The notes beneath the pieces were generated by a model. The model was not told where the DNA came from and ran no database searches. It saw only the letters and a program-made list of their open reading frames with translations. Below are positions 35,205 to 45,800 of a DNA stretch of 64,000 nucleotides, piece by piece (positions within the stretch are counted from its first letter, which is position 1; every line of letters begins with the position of its first letter). The stretch lies in NCBI GenBank assembly GCA_902780305.1, contig CACZFB010000038.1:213-64212 (forward strand), written 5' to 3'. The DNA comes from an uncultured Coriobacteriaceae bacterium. Lineage in GTDB: Bacteria; Actinomycetota; Coriobacteriia; Coriobacteriales; Atopobiaceae. The translations under genes and the position numbers were made by a program.

Positions 35205-35289
35205 AGGCGTGCTGGTTTACATTGCCGCGCAAAGTGGCAAAATAGGTTGCGTGCATAGGGTTATGCAAGGCAGAAAGGAAGCTAGTCCA

Positions 35290-36246
35290 ATGGCAGAGAA
35301 TGCTAAGCATCGTTTGGTGACGCGCAGCGACTTCGACGGTCTGGTGTGCGCGATGATCCTCAAGGAGAAGGGCCTCATCGACGACATCACATTCGTGCAC
35401 CCCAAGGACGTGCAGGATGGCAAGGTGGACATCACCGAGAACGACATTACGACCAACCTGCCCTTCGACCCGCGCGTTGGCATCGCGTTCGACCATCACG
35501 AGTCGGAGCTCACGCGCAACGCGCAGGTGGACTACGAGGGCCGCTACATCATCGACGGCGACGCCAAGAGCGCAGCGCGCGTGGTGTACGACTACTACGG
35601 GGGCAAGGACGCCCTGCCGCGCATTAGCGACGAGCTTATGGAGGCCGTTGACAAGGGTGACTCCGCAGACTTCACTCTCGAGGAGATCTTGAACCCAACC
35701 GGGTGGGTGCTCATGAATTTCCTCATGGACGCGCGCACGGGCCTTGGCCGCTTCCGCACGTTCCGCATCTCCAACTACAACCTCATGATGAAGCTCATCG
35801 ACCTGTGCCTGGATCACTCCGTGGACGAGGTGCTCGCAGATCCCGATGTGCAGGAGCGTGTGGAGCTCTATTTCGACCAGCAGGAGCGCTTTAAGGAGCA
35901 GGTCGCCCGTATCGCGCGCGTGGAGGACCGCGTGGTGGTTCTGGACCTGCGCGACGAGGAGACCATCTATGCGGGCAATCGCTTTATGGTGTATGCGCTG
36001 TACCCGCAGACGCAGATCTCGGTACACGTGGCGTGGGGCTTCCGCAAGCAGAACACGGCGGTGATGATCGGCAAGTCGATCCTGGACAAGCGCAGCGAAG
36101 CCAACATCGGTGAGCTGTGCCTCTCCTACGGCGGCGGCGGGCACAAGAACGCCGGCACCTGCCAGCTCGACAACGACAAGGTCGATGCGGAGCTGCCCAA
36201 CATAGTCGCGGCGCTCAACAAGGACTGCACGCCAATCGACGAGTAG
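35290..36246 (+). CDS. DHH-family phosphoesterase (exopolyphosphatase-like subgroup)
   Basis: Trimmed to ATG 35290 behind AAAGGAAG. Motifs TRSDFDGLVCAMIL and GIAFDHHESE (DHH). Confidence 0.7.
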   Translation: MAENAKHRLVTRSDFDGLVCAMILKEKGLIDDITFVHPKDVQDGKVDITENDITTNLPFDPRVGIAFDHHESELTRNAQVDYEGRYIIDGDAKSAARVVYDYYGGKDALPRISDELMEAVDKGDSADFTLEEILNPTGWVLMNFLMDARTGLGRFRTFRISNYNLMMKLIDLCLDHSVDEVLADPDVQERVELYFDQQERFKEQVARIARVEDRVVVLDLRDEETIYAGNRFMVYALYPQTQISVHVAWGFRKQNTAVMIGKSILDKRSEANIGELCLSYGGGGHKNAGTCQLDNDKVDAELPNIVAALNKDCTPIDE

Positions 36247-36306
36247 CAAAAAGGCTTTGTGTTGGCGCGGGCCGCATGGCCCGCGCCCTGGCGTTAGGGG
36301 AGTGGC

Positions 36307-36789
36307 ATGCCCGGCAAGCGTTCCGAGGTCATTTCGTGGGATGAGTTCTTTATGCGTGTGGCAATCGCCGCCAGCATGCGCAGCAAGGATCCCAACACGC
36401 AGGTGGGCGCCTGCATCGCGGGCACGGACCACCGGATTCTGTCGGTGGGGTACAACGGGACGCCGCATGGGCTCAACGACGACGAGTTTCCGTGGGACAC
36501 CACCGACGACCCGCTTACCGACAAGCACAACTACGTGATCCATGCCGAGGCAAACGCCATCCTTAACTATCGCGGGTCGTTGCGCGAGCTCTCGGGTGCC
36601 AAGGCATACGTTACGCTGTTCCCCTGCCAGGAGTGTGCCAAGACGCTGGTGCAGGCCGGCATCCGCGAGGTGGTGTACCTGGACGACAAGTACGACAACA
36701 CCGTGGGCAACGCAATCGCCAAGTCGGTGTTCGACCGTTGCGGGGTACTGTACCGGCAGGTGGAACTCTCGGACTCCGCCCTGCGTTAG
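36307..36789 (+). CDS. Deoxycytidylate (dCMP) deaminase
   Basis: HAEANAI and PCQECAKTL zinc motifs. 160 aa. Confidence 0.9.
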   Translation: MPGKRSEVISWDEFFMRVAIAASMRSKDPNTQVGACIAGTDHRILSVGYNGTPHGLNDDEFPWDTTDDPLTDKHNYVIHAEANAILNYRGSLRELSGAKAYVTLFPCQECAKTLVQAGIREVVYLDDKYDNTVGNAIAKSVFDRCGVLYRQVELSDSALR

Positions 36790-36810
36790 CCCCTGCGCTA
36801 GCCTCGGCGG

Positions 36811-39744
36811 TTAGTGAACGAACCGGGCGAGGGTGTCGATTACCACGGGGACGTCCAGCGGCTTGGCCAGATGCCCGTTCATGCCCGCCTTCTGGGAGGC
36901 GAGGACGTCCTCCGAGAAGGCATTGGCAGAACAGGCGATTATGGGAATCTGCGCCTTGGCGGGGTCGTCCAGAGCTCGGATGGCGCGTGTCGCCTCGTAG
37001 CCGTCCATCACGGGCATCTGGATGTCCATGAGGACCACGTCGTACGTTCCGGCCTCGGCCTCGCACAGCGCGTCCACGGCCTCCTGACCGTTGTAGGCGA
37101 TGTCCACCGCATCGAAGCCAAGGTCTTCCAGAATAAACTGGGCGATCTCGGCGTTAATCTCGTTGTCCTCGGCGACGAGCGCCCGCTTGCCGGCAAAGCT
37201 GACCTCCTGCGGATTGTCGGGCTCGTCGGTCGCGTCTTGGGCGGTTTCGGTGGGATCCAGCAGGGGCATGCTCATCCCAATAATAAACTCGGTGCCCTTG
37301 CCAGGGGCGGTTACCACGTCTATGGTGCCCTCCATGAGGTCCACGATGCTCTTGGTGATGGCCATGCCCAGCCCGGTGCCCTGAATGCCGCTTACCGTGG
37401 AGTTGCGCTCGCGCTCGAAGGGCTCGAACACGTGAGCGGCGAACTCGGGGGTCATGCCGATGCCCGTGTCGCGCACGTGTAGCTCGAAGACGCCCAAGGT
37501 CTCTTTGTCCGTCTGGTCGGCGATCGTCTCGCGCTCCACGAGCTCGCGCAGCTCCACCGCGATCGTGCCACCCTCCGGCGTAAACTTGTATGCGTTGCTA
37601 ATGAGGTTGAGCAACACGCGGTTGAGGCGTGCCTTGTCGCACAGCACGTGACGGTGCTCGACGCCGTCGGTGCTCACCGTGTAGGCAATGTGCTTCTCGG
37701 CCATCTGCGTGGCGAACATGTCGCGCACCTCGTGCATTGCCACCACGATGTCCATCTGGATGGGGTCAAGCTCAATCTTGCCACTCTCGATGCGGCTCAT
37801 CTCCAGCACGTCGTTTATGAGCGCGAGCAGGTGCTGGCTGGACGCGTCGATCTTCTTAAGATAGTCCCGCATCTCCTCTGGGGTGGTGTCCTCGCGCTTT
37901 GCGATGTTGGTGTAGCCGATGATGGCGTTCATGGGCGTGCGGATGTCGTGCGACATGTTGGACAAGAACGTCGTCTTTGCCAGGTTGCTCTGTTCGGCCT
38001 GTATGCGCTGCATGTCGTGCTCTCGCTCACGCTTGCGGATGAGCGAGTGGATGCTAAACATGACAACGAGACTCATAATAATAAGCAGCATTTGCACAAT
38101 GCTGTTGTACAGCACCGAATTGCGCACCGAGTCGGACTGCGTGGCGAGGAAGTCCTCTTCCATCTCGAAGTCGCGGATGGACAACAGCACCCCATGTCGG
38201 GAGAACTGTTCCGAATAGTACTCTTCGATGGAGTCGATAACGTTGTTGGTGGTGTCGTAGGTGGCCTGTCTCATCCAGAGGGTGGAGACGAAGAAAATAA
38301 GAAAGATCATGGAGATCCACACGATGGTGGACTTGCCAAAGCGGTCGTTTTTGTCACGAGTGAACAACACCCTGAAGACAAGCAACCCCAGGATGGACCA
38401 CGCGGCAAGAATGAGGTACGAGGCGGTAGCCAGCGAGCTCACCGACCACAGGTTGGGGATGAGTGGGGACACGAAGAACACGGCGGAGATGATGACGCCG
38501 CATATGCCGATTGCGGACATCATTCGGTTGGACGCCTTGCGCGCAACGACGAAACAGCACAGCGAGGCGTACAGGTAGGCCAGCGAGGCGCATACGCTGG
38601 TTACGTCCACGATCCAGCCGATGGCCGCACGTCCCACGAACGGGACGGCGACCGAGAGGACCATGACGAAGCGAACTGCGTTCACGGGAACACCGTCGCC
38701 GTTTGAGACGGCAAACCAGTCGGGCAGCACCTCGTCTATTGCCAATCGCTGCAGGAGGTGGCTGGAGGCGCGATACAGGCCGAGGAGGCTCGTTCCCAGG
38801 GCACAGAGCACGGTTACGCCAAGTACGTTGAGGCCAGGGGCTCCGACGGCCATCTGGATGGCGTTGAACACCGGCAACGCGCGCAGGCCGTCGAGCCTGC
38901 CCAGGTTGGAGACGTACTCACTCCACCCGCCAAAGTCCACAGGGACACCCATAACCGAGATGAGGGTGGTGAGGCAGTACACCAACGCGCCACACAGGAT
39001 GGCCACCACGAGGACGGGAAAGAGCTTGCGCGTGGGGAACTTGAACTCGCTCGTCGCATGCGACACCGATTCGAAGCCCACGAAGGCCCACGGGGCCAGG
39101 ACGACGATGCTCACGACTTGCGAAACCACGTTGTGGGGATGGATAAACGGGGGCCTGAGGGCCTGCTCCATGCTGGGGAACTGAGCGAACACCAGGCCAA
39201 AGCACACGACGGTTCCCAGCAACAGCCCTACGGCCATAATGGTGTTGAGCGTGGTTACCACCTTGCGCTTGCTGCAGCTGATGAGCCCGGACAAGCCGAG
39301 GACAACGAGGGTCACCAAGATCTCGCCGGCATAGACGTCGTAGCCTGCCACGACGTAGTGGAACCCAAACTGGAATATCGGTCCCAACAGGAATCGTGCG
39401 ATGAGGACGAAGGCGGTGGCATTTGCCCAGAGGATGGCGATGTAGGCCAATACGAGTGACCACGCGCAGAGGAAAGCGTGGTCGAACCCAAACACGTGCT
39501 TGGTATATGAGTACGCACCACCCGAGTCCGGATAGCGGTTGGCCATGTACGTAAACGATGCCGCGATGACAACCATGCACAAGGCGCCCACGACCATGGC
39601 GATGATGGTGCCGAGGGGTCCTGCCATGGGCAGGAGTGTGGAGCCTGGCATGACGAAGGCACCCCAGCCAAGGATGCAGCCAAAGGACAGGGCCCATATG
39701 TGCTTGCGAGAAAGATAGGCACTCGCATTGCTGTGCTGCTCCAC
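36811..39744 (-). CDS. Hybrid sensor histidine kinase with an N-terminal APC-family amino-acid-permease-like 12-TM domain and a C-terminal receiver
   Basis: APC part: ..SFGCILGWGAFVMPGS..YPDSGGAYSY.. H-box FLSNMSHDIRTPMNAIIGY. HATPase G-boxes DTGIGM, GTGLGM. REC ALVAEDNEIN..VLMDIQMPVMDG. Start set to GTG 39742-39744, 5 nt after AAAGGAG; the TTG at 39837 lies inside a REP element. Confidence 0.8.
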   Translation of the reverse strand: MEQHSNASAYLSRKHIWALSFGCILGWGAFVMPGSTLLPMAGPLGTIIAMVVGALCMVVIAASFTYMANRYPDSGGAYSYTKHVFGFDHAFLCAWSLVLAYIAILWANATAFVLIARFLLGPIFQFGFHYVVAGYDVYAGEILVTLVVLGLSGLISCSKRKVVTTLNTIMAVGLLLGTVVCFGLVFAQFPSMEQALRPPFIHPHNVVSQVVSIVVLAPWAFVGFESVSHATSEFKFPTRKLFPVLVVAILCGALVYCLTTLISVMGVPVDFGGWSEYVSNLGRLDGLRALPVFNAIQMAVGAPGLNVLGVTVLCALGTSLLGLYRASSHLLQRLAIDEVLPDWFAVSNGDGVPVNAVRFVMVLSVAVPFVGRAAIGWIVDVTSVCASLAYLYASLCCFVVARKASNRMMSAIGICGVIISAVFFVSPLIPNLWSVSSLATASYLILAAWSILGLLVFRVLFTRDKNDRFGKSTIVWISMIFLIFFVSTLWMRQATYDTTNNVIDSIEEYYSEQFSRHGVLLSIRDFEMEEDFLATQSDSVRNSVLYNSIVQMLLIIMSLVVMFSIHSLIRKREREHDMQRIQAEQSNLAKTTFLSNMSHDIRTPMNAIIGYTNIAKREDTTPEEMRDYLKKIDASSQHLLALINDVLEMSRIESGKIELDPIQMDIVVAMHEVRDMFATQMAEKHIAYTVSTDGVEHRHVLCDKARLNRVLLNLISNAYKFTPEGGTIAVELRELVERETIADQTDKETLGVFELHVRDTGIGMTPEFAAHVFEPFERERNSTVSGIQGTGLGMAITKSIVDLMEGTIDVVTAPGKGTEFIIGMSMPLLDPTETAQDATDEPDNPQEVSFAGKRALVAEDNEINAEIAQFILEDLGFDAVDIAYNGQEAVDALCEAEAGTYDVVLMDIQMPVMDGYEATRAIRALDDPAKAQIPIIACSANAFSEDVLASQKAGMNGHLAKPLDVPVVIDTLARFVH

Positions 39745-39831
39745 GACGGCTCCTTTGGACGTACGCTTCGTGTTGGTTTGGTTCCAAGTATAGCTCACCC
39801 ACAGCAGATGCCTATCGTTCGGTCGGCGACC

Positions 39832-39899
39832 AATCAAAGGGGGTAACCCCCATTGACTGGTCGCGAGCGACTATCAATGGGGGGTTACCCCCTTTGATT
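39832..39899. repeat. REP-like element, family A, inverted pair (inside the phosphorelay operon)
   Basis: AATCAAAGGGGGTAACCCCCATTGA..spacer containing GTCGCGAGCGAC..ATCAATGGGGGGTTACCCCCTTTGATT. Confidence 0.9.
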
Positions 39900-39925
39900 G
39901 GTGAGTGCAGGTTGGACAGAGTGGC

Positions 39926-40297
39926 CTACAGCGACGCCTCATACTCCTTTATGGCCGCCACGGTCTTGTCGTAGGCCTGGCCGAGCTCTGCCACGAGCGC
40001 GTCGACGTCGGTCGAGGCGCGTAGCGCGTCGTTGCCCGGCCGCAGCGCCTCGCAGATCTCGCTGGCAAGATTGCCGAGCTTGGTGAGCGAGAGGTTGGCA
40101 CATACGCCCTTTGCGGCATGGGCCGCCTCGAACGTGGCGACATCGTCTCCTGCCGCCCACGCCTCCTGCAGGCGCACGCATGCCCCGTCGTTGGTAAACC
40201 TCAGAATAAAGCGCGTGATGAGCTTTTCCATGCGCAGGCGACCTATTGCCTCTGCGTAGTTTCCGTCTATGCGATCGTAGAGTTCCTGTAGTGTCAT
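39926..40297 (-). CDS. Hpt (histidine phosphotransfer) domain protein
   Basis: AHAAKGVCANLSL (HxxKG). 123 aa. TAATG overlap with the upstream response-regulator gene. Confidence 0.8.
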   Translation of the reverse strand: MTLQELYDRIDGNYAEAIGRLRMEKLITRFILRFTNDGACVRLQEAWAAGDDVATFEAAHAAKGVCANLSLTKLGNLASEICEALRPGNDALRASTDVDALVAELGQAYDKTVAAIKEYEASL

Positions 40298-41976
40298 TAC
40301 GCCTCCTTAGCCAAGTATGTCTCGAAGTCTTTGCCCATGAGGGGCTTGGAATAGAAGTAACCTTGAATCTTGCCGCATTCAAGCTCCTTGAGCTTGCGCA
40401 CCTCATCCTGCGTCTCGACCCCTTCGGCAACGGTTTCCAAGTTGAGGAACTGAGCCATCTGTATGGCCGAGTGAACGATGCGAAAGTCGTCGAGCTGCGA
40501 AGCCTGTTGAATAATGCTCATGTCGAGCTTCATGACGTCCAGTGGAAGCATGTTGAGCGACGCAAGCGACGAGTAACCGGAGCCAAAGTCATCCAGCTCG
40601 ACGTGGAACCCAAAGTCACGCAACTCGGCGAGCAGCGCGATAACGCGGTCGGGATTCTCGGAGCAGGCCGTCTCGGTAACCTCCACGTGCAGGAGCGTGC
40701 GGTCGATGCCGTATGCGTCGGTGAGGGCGACGATCTTCTTGGCAAAGTCCTCGTCGTCGAAGTCGAGCTGTGAGGCGTTGAACGATATGGGTACAACAGG
40801 CAGGCCGAGCTCCACGCAGCGTCGAATCTCCTTGCACACCTCCTCGCACACGTATAGATCCAACTGGGTAATAAACCCGCTGCGCTCGAAGATGGGAATA
40901 AAGTCGCCAGGGCTCACGAAGCCCAGTGTGGGGTGAATCCAGCGCACCAAGGCCTCGGCGCCGCCCGTGCGATTGCCCTTGAGGTCGTGCTTGGGCTGGT
41001 AGTACACCGTAAACTGGTGCTCGTCGAGCGCTGTCTCCATGCTCTCCAGAATGGTGTTTTCCATGTGCTGCTGCTCGCGGAGCTTGTCGTTGTACCAGGC
41101 CACGTCCACGCCAAAGGTCTTCTTTATGCGTTCCAGCGCCATGATGGCCCGATCGCAGGTGAGCGAAACCGAGAGCTGGCGGTCGACGTTTTCCACGACG
41201 CCAAACTTGACGCTGAGGCTCGTCCCCAAAAGCCCCTTGGAGACATCGGCGATCGCCGAGACCCACGTATGGTCTGGCTGGTGCGTGACAAGAAACGCGA
41301 AGGTATCGGCACCAATGCGACCGCCGACCACGTAGCCGGGAAGCAGCTCCTCCAAACGTGCCGCGAGGTCCTGCAGTAGCTGGTCGCAGTTCTGTCGTCC
41401 GTATCGGTCGTTGAGTGACTTGAAGTTTACGATGTCGCTGCACACCATGTCGAACTGTAGGTCGTCTCCCATGGACGTGAACACGGAGTCCACGCGGCGG
41501 TAGAAGAACTCGCGGCTGTACAGGTTGGTGAGCGTGTCCCAGGTGAGCTGGTTTACCAGGGATGCCGACTCGCGCAGATGTACCGTGTTGCTAATGCGGT
41601 TCATCATGATCTCGGTGTTGTAGGGCTTTACGATAAAGTCGTTGGCGCCCAGCTTGAGGCAGGCGATCTCGTCCTCGCGAGCCTCGCTGGCGGTGGCCAC
41701 GATAACGGGCACCGAGTCGAAGCGTCGGTCGCCACGCTTGCGCTCCAGGAACTCGAAGCCGTCGCACACGGGCATGTACACGTCGAGCAGCACTAGGGAC
41801 AGGTCCTCGTACTCCTGCTCGAGCAGCGCAAGACCCACCTCGCCGTTCTCGGCCTCCATAACCTCGAAGCCCTCGCCGTCCAATATGGCGCACAACATCT
41901 CGCGGTTGATGTCGTTGTCCTCCACCACAAGCAACTTGCGCCGCTTGTTCTTGGAAGCGTTCGTGCTGTATGCCAT
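40297..41976 (-). CDS. Response regulator with REC, degenerate GGDEF and EAL domains (c-di-GMP phosphodiesterase type)
   Basis: LLVVEDNDIN..LLDVYMPVCDG. GGDEF site reads RIGADTFAF. EAL motifs GAEALVRW, EVTE, ELDDFGSGYSSL, AEGVET. Confidence 0.85.
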   Translation of the reverse strand: MAYSTNASKNKRRKLLVVEDNDINREMLCAILDGEGFEVMEAENGEVGLALLEQEYEDLSLVLLDVYMPVCDGFEFLERKRGDRRFDSVPVIVATASEAREDEIACLKLGANDFIVKPYNTEIMMNRISNTVHLRESASLVNQLTWDTLTNLYSREFFYRRVDSVFTSMGDDLQFDMVCSDIVNFKSLNDRYGRQNCDQLLQDLAARLEELLPGYVVGGRIGADTFAFLVTHQPDHTWVSAIADVSKGLLGTSLSVKFGVVENVDRQLSVSLTCDRAIMALERIKKTFGVDVAWYNDKLREQQHMENTILESMETALDEHQFTVYYQPKHDLKGNRTGGAEALVRWIHPTLGFVSPGDFIPIFERSGFITQLDLYVCEEVCKEIRRCVELGLPVVPISFNASQLDFDDEDFAKKIVALTDAYGIDRTLLHVEVTETACSENPDRVIALLAELRDFGFHVELDDFGSGYSSLASLNMLPLDVMKLDMSIIQQASQLDDFRIVHSAIQMAQFLNLETVAEGVETQDEVRKLKELECGKIQGYFYSKPLMGKDFETYLAKEA

Positions 41977-42041
41977 AGCTTTGCCTCAATGCCTTGATTT
42001 AAACACCGCATTATATTCTACACGCTAACTGGCGGCAGGTT

Positions 42042-42072
42042 GTGAGAAAAGGGGCCAAACCCCTTTTCTCAC
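42042..42072. terminator. Family B palindrome 5 nt downstream of the engB stop
   Basis: GTGAGAAAAGGGG-CCAAA-CCCCTTTTCTCAC. Confidence 0.7.
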
Positions 42073-42076
42073 GACG

Positions 42077-42661
42077 TCAGTCGCAGGCTTGCGCGATGGC
42101 GTGGCGTAGCTCGTTGATGCCGGTGCCCTTTTGCGCGGAGGTCACGATCATCTGTGCGCGGTCGATGCCAAACTGCTTGGCAAGCGCCGCCGCCTGCTGG
42201 TCCTGCTTCGTGCGGCTGAGCTTGTCGGCCTTGGTGAGCGCGACCACGAAGGGCAGCTCGGCGTCCTGCAGGAAGTCGAGCATCTGCACGTCGAGCTTCT
42301 GGGCATTGTGGCGTATGTCCACCAGGGCGACCACCAGGTTAAAGCTGCGCTCCTGGTTGAAATAGCCGGCAATGAGGTCGGCCCAGCGCTGGCGCTCCTT
42401 GCCCGAGACCTTGGCGAAGCCGTATCCGGGGAGGTCCACCAGACGAATGCCGTCCGTCTCGTAGAAGTTGATGTTGGCGGTCTTGCCGGGCTGGCTGGAC
42501 GTGCGGGCCAGGGCCTTGCGGCCAACGAGCTTGTTGATGAGCGACGACTTGCCCACGTTGGACCGCCCCGCAAAGGCCACCTCGGGGGTGGTGGACTCAG
42601 GCAGCTGCTCCGCCGTGCCATATGCCGCCTCAAAGCGGGCGTTCTCGAACCGTATTGCCAT
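42077..42661 (-). CDS. engB: Ribosome-biogenesis GTPase YihA/YsxC (EngB)
   Basis: Trimmed to ATG 42659-42661 behind GGAGG. Motifs GRSNVGKSSLIN, DLPGYG, TKADK. Confidence 0.9.
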   Translation of the reverse strand: MAIRFENARFEAAYGTAEQLPESTTPEVAFAGRSNVGKSSLINKLVGRKALARTSSQPGKTANINFYETDGIRLVDLPGYGFAKVSGKERQRWADLIAGYFNQERSFNLVVALVDIRHNAQKLDVQMLDFLQDAELPFVVALTKADKLSRTKQDQQAAALAKQFGIDRAQMIVTSAQKGTGINELRHAIAQACD

Positions 42662-42872
42662 GGCGCCTCCATTGCGCGAGCTCTTCTGTCGCAACCATTG
42701 TTGCACAGTTTTGCGCCGTTGCCGGCTCGGCTCCGGGCGAAGCCGTAAAAAGAGACCCGTCGCTAATTGTCGCGGTCTTATCAATATCGCGTTACATCCG
42801 AATGAATTGTGTGCCGACTCGCTAAACTAGTAAAAGTTTGTGTCGGCATATTTTGGAAGGAGCGGTGTCTCC

Positions 42873-45800
42873 ATGGCTCAGCGCACCGACGTACACAAAA
42901 TTATGATCATCGGTTCCGGACCCATTATTATTGGCCAGGCATGCGAGTTCGACTATTCGGGCACGCAGGCGTGCAAGGCGCTGCGAAGCCTGGGATACGA
43001 GATCGTGCTGGTTAACTCCAACCCCGCAACGATCATGACTGACCCCGGCACCGCCGACCGCACCTACATAGAGCCGCTCAACCCCGAGCGCCTTGAGGCC
43101 ATCATCGCCAAGGAGCGGCCCGACGCCATCCTGCCCAACCTGGGCGGGCAGTCGGCGCTCAACCTCTCCAGCGAGCTCTCGCGCGCCGGTATTCTGGAGA
43201 AGTACGGCGTAAAGGTAATCGGCGTGCAAGTGGACGCCATCGAGCGCGGCGAGGACCGCGAGGCGTTTAAGGAGCTCATGGACGAGCTCGGCATCGAGAT
43301 GGCGCGCTCCAAGGTGGCCTATTCCGTGGAGGAGGCGGTCGACATCGCCCGCGACCTGGGCTATCCCTGCGTCCTGCGTCCCGCATACACGATGGGCGGC
43401 ACGGGCGGCGGCCTGGTGTACAACGTAAACGAGCTGCGTACCGTAGTGGCCCGCGGCCTGGCGGCAAGCCCCGTGCACGAGGTTCTGGTCGAGGAGTCGG
43501 TCCTCGGCTGGGAGGAGCTGGAGTTCGAGGTCGTGCGCGACAGCACCGGGCACATGATTACCGTGTGCACCATCGAGAACATCGATCCCATGGGTGTCCA
43601 CACCGGCGACTCGTTTTGCGCGGCGCCCATGCAAACCATCGACCAGGCCGTCATCGACCGCCTGCAGGAGAAGAGCTACCGCATCGTGGACGCCGTTAAG
43701 GTAATCGGCGGCACCAACGTGCAATGGGCCCACGACCCCGTGAGCGACCGCGACATCATCATCGAGATCAACCCGCGCACGTCGCGCTCGTCTGCGCTGG
43801 CCTCGAAGGCCACGGGATTTCCCATCGCATTGATCAGCGCCATGCTGGCCAGTGGTCTTACGCTCGCCGAGATCCCCTGTGGCAAGTGGGGGAGCCTCGA
43901 CAAGTACGTTCCCACCGGCGACTACGTGGTCATCAAGTTCGCACGCTGGGCTTTCGAGAAGTTCAAGGGCGTGGAGGACAAGCTGGGCACCCAGATGCGT
44001 GCGGTGGGCGAGGTGATGTCCATTGGCAAGACGTACAAGGAGGCGTTCCAAAAGGCGATTCGCTCGCTGGAGCAGGGACGCTACGGCCTGGGCTTTGCCA
44101 AGGACTTCAACCAGAAGTCGGCCGAGGAGCTGGAGCAGCTGCTAGCCTATCCCACCAGCGAGCGCCAGTTCGTCATGTACGAGGCGCTCCGCAAGGGCGT
44201 CACCGTGGAGCGGCTGTACGAGCTCACGCGCATCAAGCGCGACTTCATCCGCGAGATGGCCGAGCTCGTGGAGGAGGAGGAAGCCATCCTCGCCTTCGTG
44301 GCCGCCAACCCCGGCAAGATGCTGCCCGACGATATGCTGGTGCAGGCCAAGCGCGACGGGTTCGCCGACAAGTACCTCTCGCAGATCTGCGACCTGTCCG
44401 AGAAGGACATCCGTGCGCAGCGCGAGTCCCTGGGCGTCACCGAGGCCTGGGAGGGCGTGCACGTGTCCTCCACCAAGGACTCCGCCTATTACTACAGCAC
44501 GTACAACGCGCCTGATGCGAGCCAGCCGCTCGCTGGCAACAAGATCATGATCCTGGGCGGTGGCCCCAACCGCATTGGCCAGGGCATCGAGTTCGACTAC
44601 TGCTCGGTCCACGCGGCCATCGCCCTGCGCAAGCTGGGCTTCCAGACGATTATCGTAAACTGCAACCCCGAGACCGTCTCCACCGACTACGACACGTCCG
44701 ACAAGCTCTACTTTGAGCCGCTCACCACCGAGGACGTGCTCTCCATCTATCACAAGGAACAGCCGCTGGGCGTGATCGCGCAGTTTGGCGGGCAGACGCC
44801 GCTCAACATTGCCAGCGAGCTGCAGGAGGCCGGCGTGCGCATCCTGGGCACCACGCCCGAGGTAATCGACCTGGCCGAGGACCGCGACGAGTTCCGCGCC
44901 ATGATGGACAAGCTGGGCATCCCCATGCCGGAGGCGGCCATGGCCGTTACCGTGGACGAGGCGCTTGATGCCGCCCACGAGATTGGCTACCCCGTTATGG
45001 TGCGTCCCAGCTACGTGCTGGGTGGCCGCGGCATGGAGGTCGTCTACGACGACGAGAGCCTGCGCGCCTACATGGCCGCCGCCATCGGCGTGACACCCGA
45101 CCGGCCCATCCTTATCGACCGCTTCCTGCGCCACGCGCTGGAGTGCGAGGCAGACGCCATCTGCGACGGCACCCATGCCTACGTGCCCGCCGTTATGGAG
45201 CACATCGAGCTTGCGGGCATCCACTCCGGCGACTCGGCTTGCGTGCTTCCCTCCATCTCCATCAGCGACGAGCACCTGGCCACCATTAAGGAGTACACGC
45301 GGCGCATCGCCGAGGAGATGCACGTGGTAGGCCTGATGAACATCCAGTACGCCATCGAGGACGACAAGGTGTTTGTTATCGAGGCCAACCCGCGTGCGAG
45401 CCGCACGGTGCCGCTGGTCTCCAAGGTATGCGGCATCCAGATGGTGCAGATCGCGACCGACGCCATTACCGGCGACCTTACGGGACGCCCCTCACCGGTT
45501 GCCAACCTGCAGGAGGCGACCTACACGTTCTACGGCGTCAAGGAGGCGGTGCTGCCCTTCTCGATGTTCCCCGAGGTCGACCCCGTGCTTGGTCCCGAGA
45601 TGCGCTCGACGGGCGAGGTGCTGGGACTGGCCCCCAGCTTTGGCGAGGCCTACTTCAAGTCTCAGGAGGCCACCGGAACCCCGTTGCCCACCACGGGAAC
45701 CGTCTTTATGAGCGTGAGCGACCGCAACAAGGCAGAGCTGCCGGACATCGCGCGCGAGTTTGTGGACGCGGGCATGGAGATAATGGCCACGCGTGGGACG

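Noticed and set aside
36264-36287. GC hairpin GGCGCGGGCC-GCAT-GGCCCGCGCC after the DHH gene, as an intrinsic terminator.
   Set aside because: The stem is perfect but there is no downstream T-tract, and the dCMP deaminase gene starts 20 nt later. It may only be an intra-operon stabiliser, so it is not listed as a feature.
39745-39837. TTG start at 39837 giving a 1008-aa kinase.
   Set aside because: That start codon is part of the family A REP element and has no RBS. GTG 39744 follows AAAGGAG by 5 nt and leaves a typical APC-permease N-terminus.
42662-42872. PyrR-type attenuator in the carB leader.
   Set aside because: Only weak, imperfect hairpins are visible, and I could not recognise the PyrR binding loop consensus by eye.
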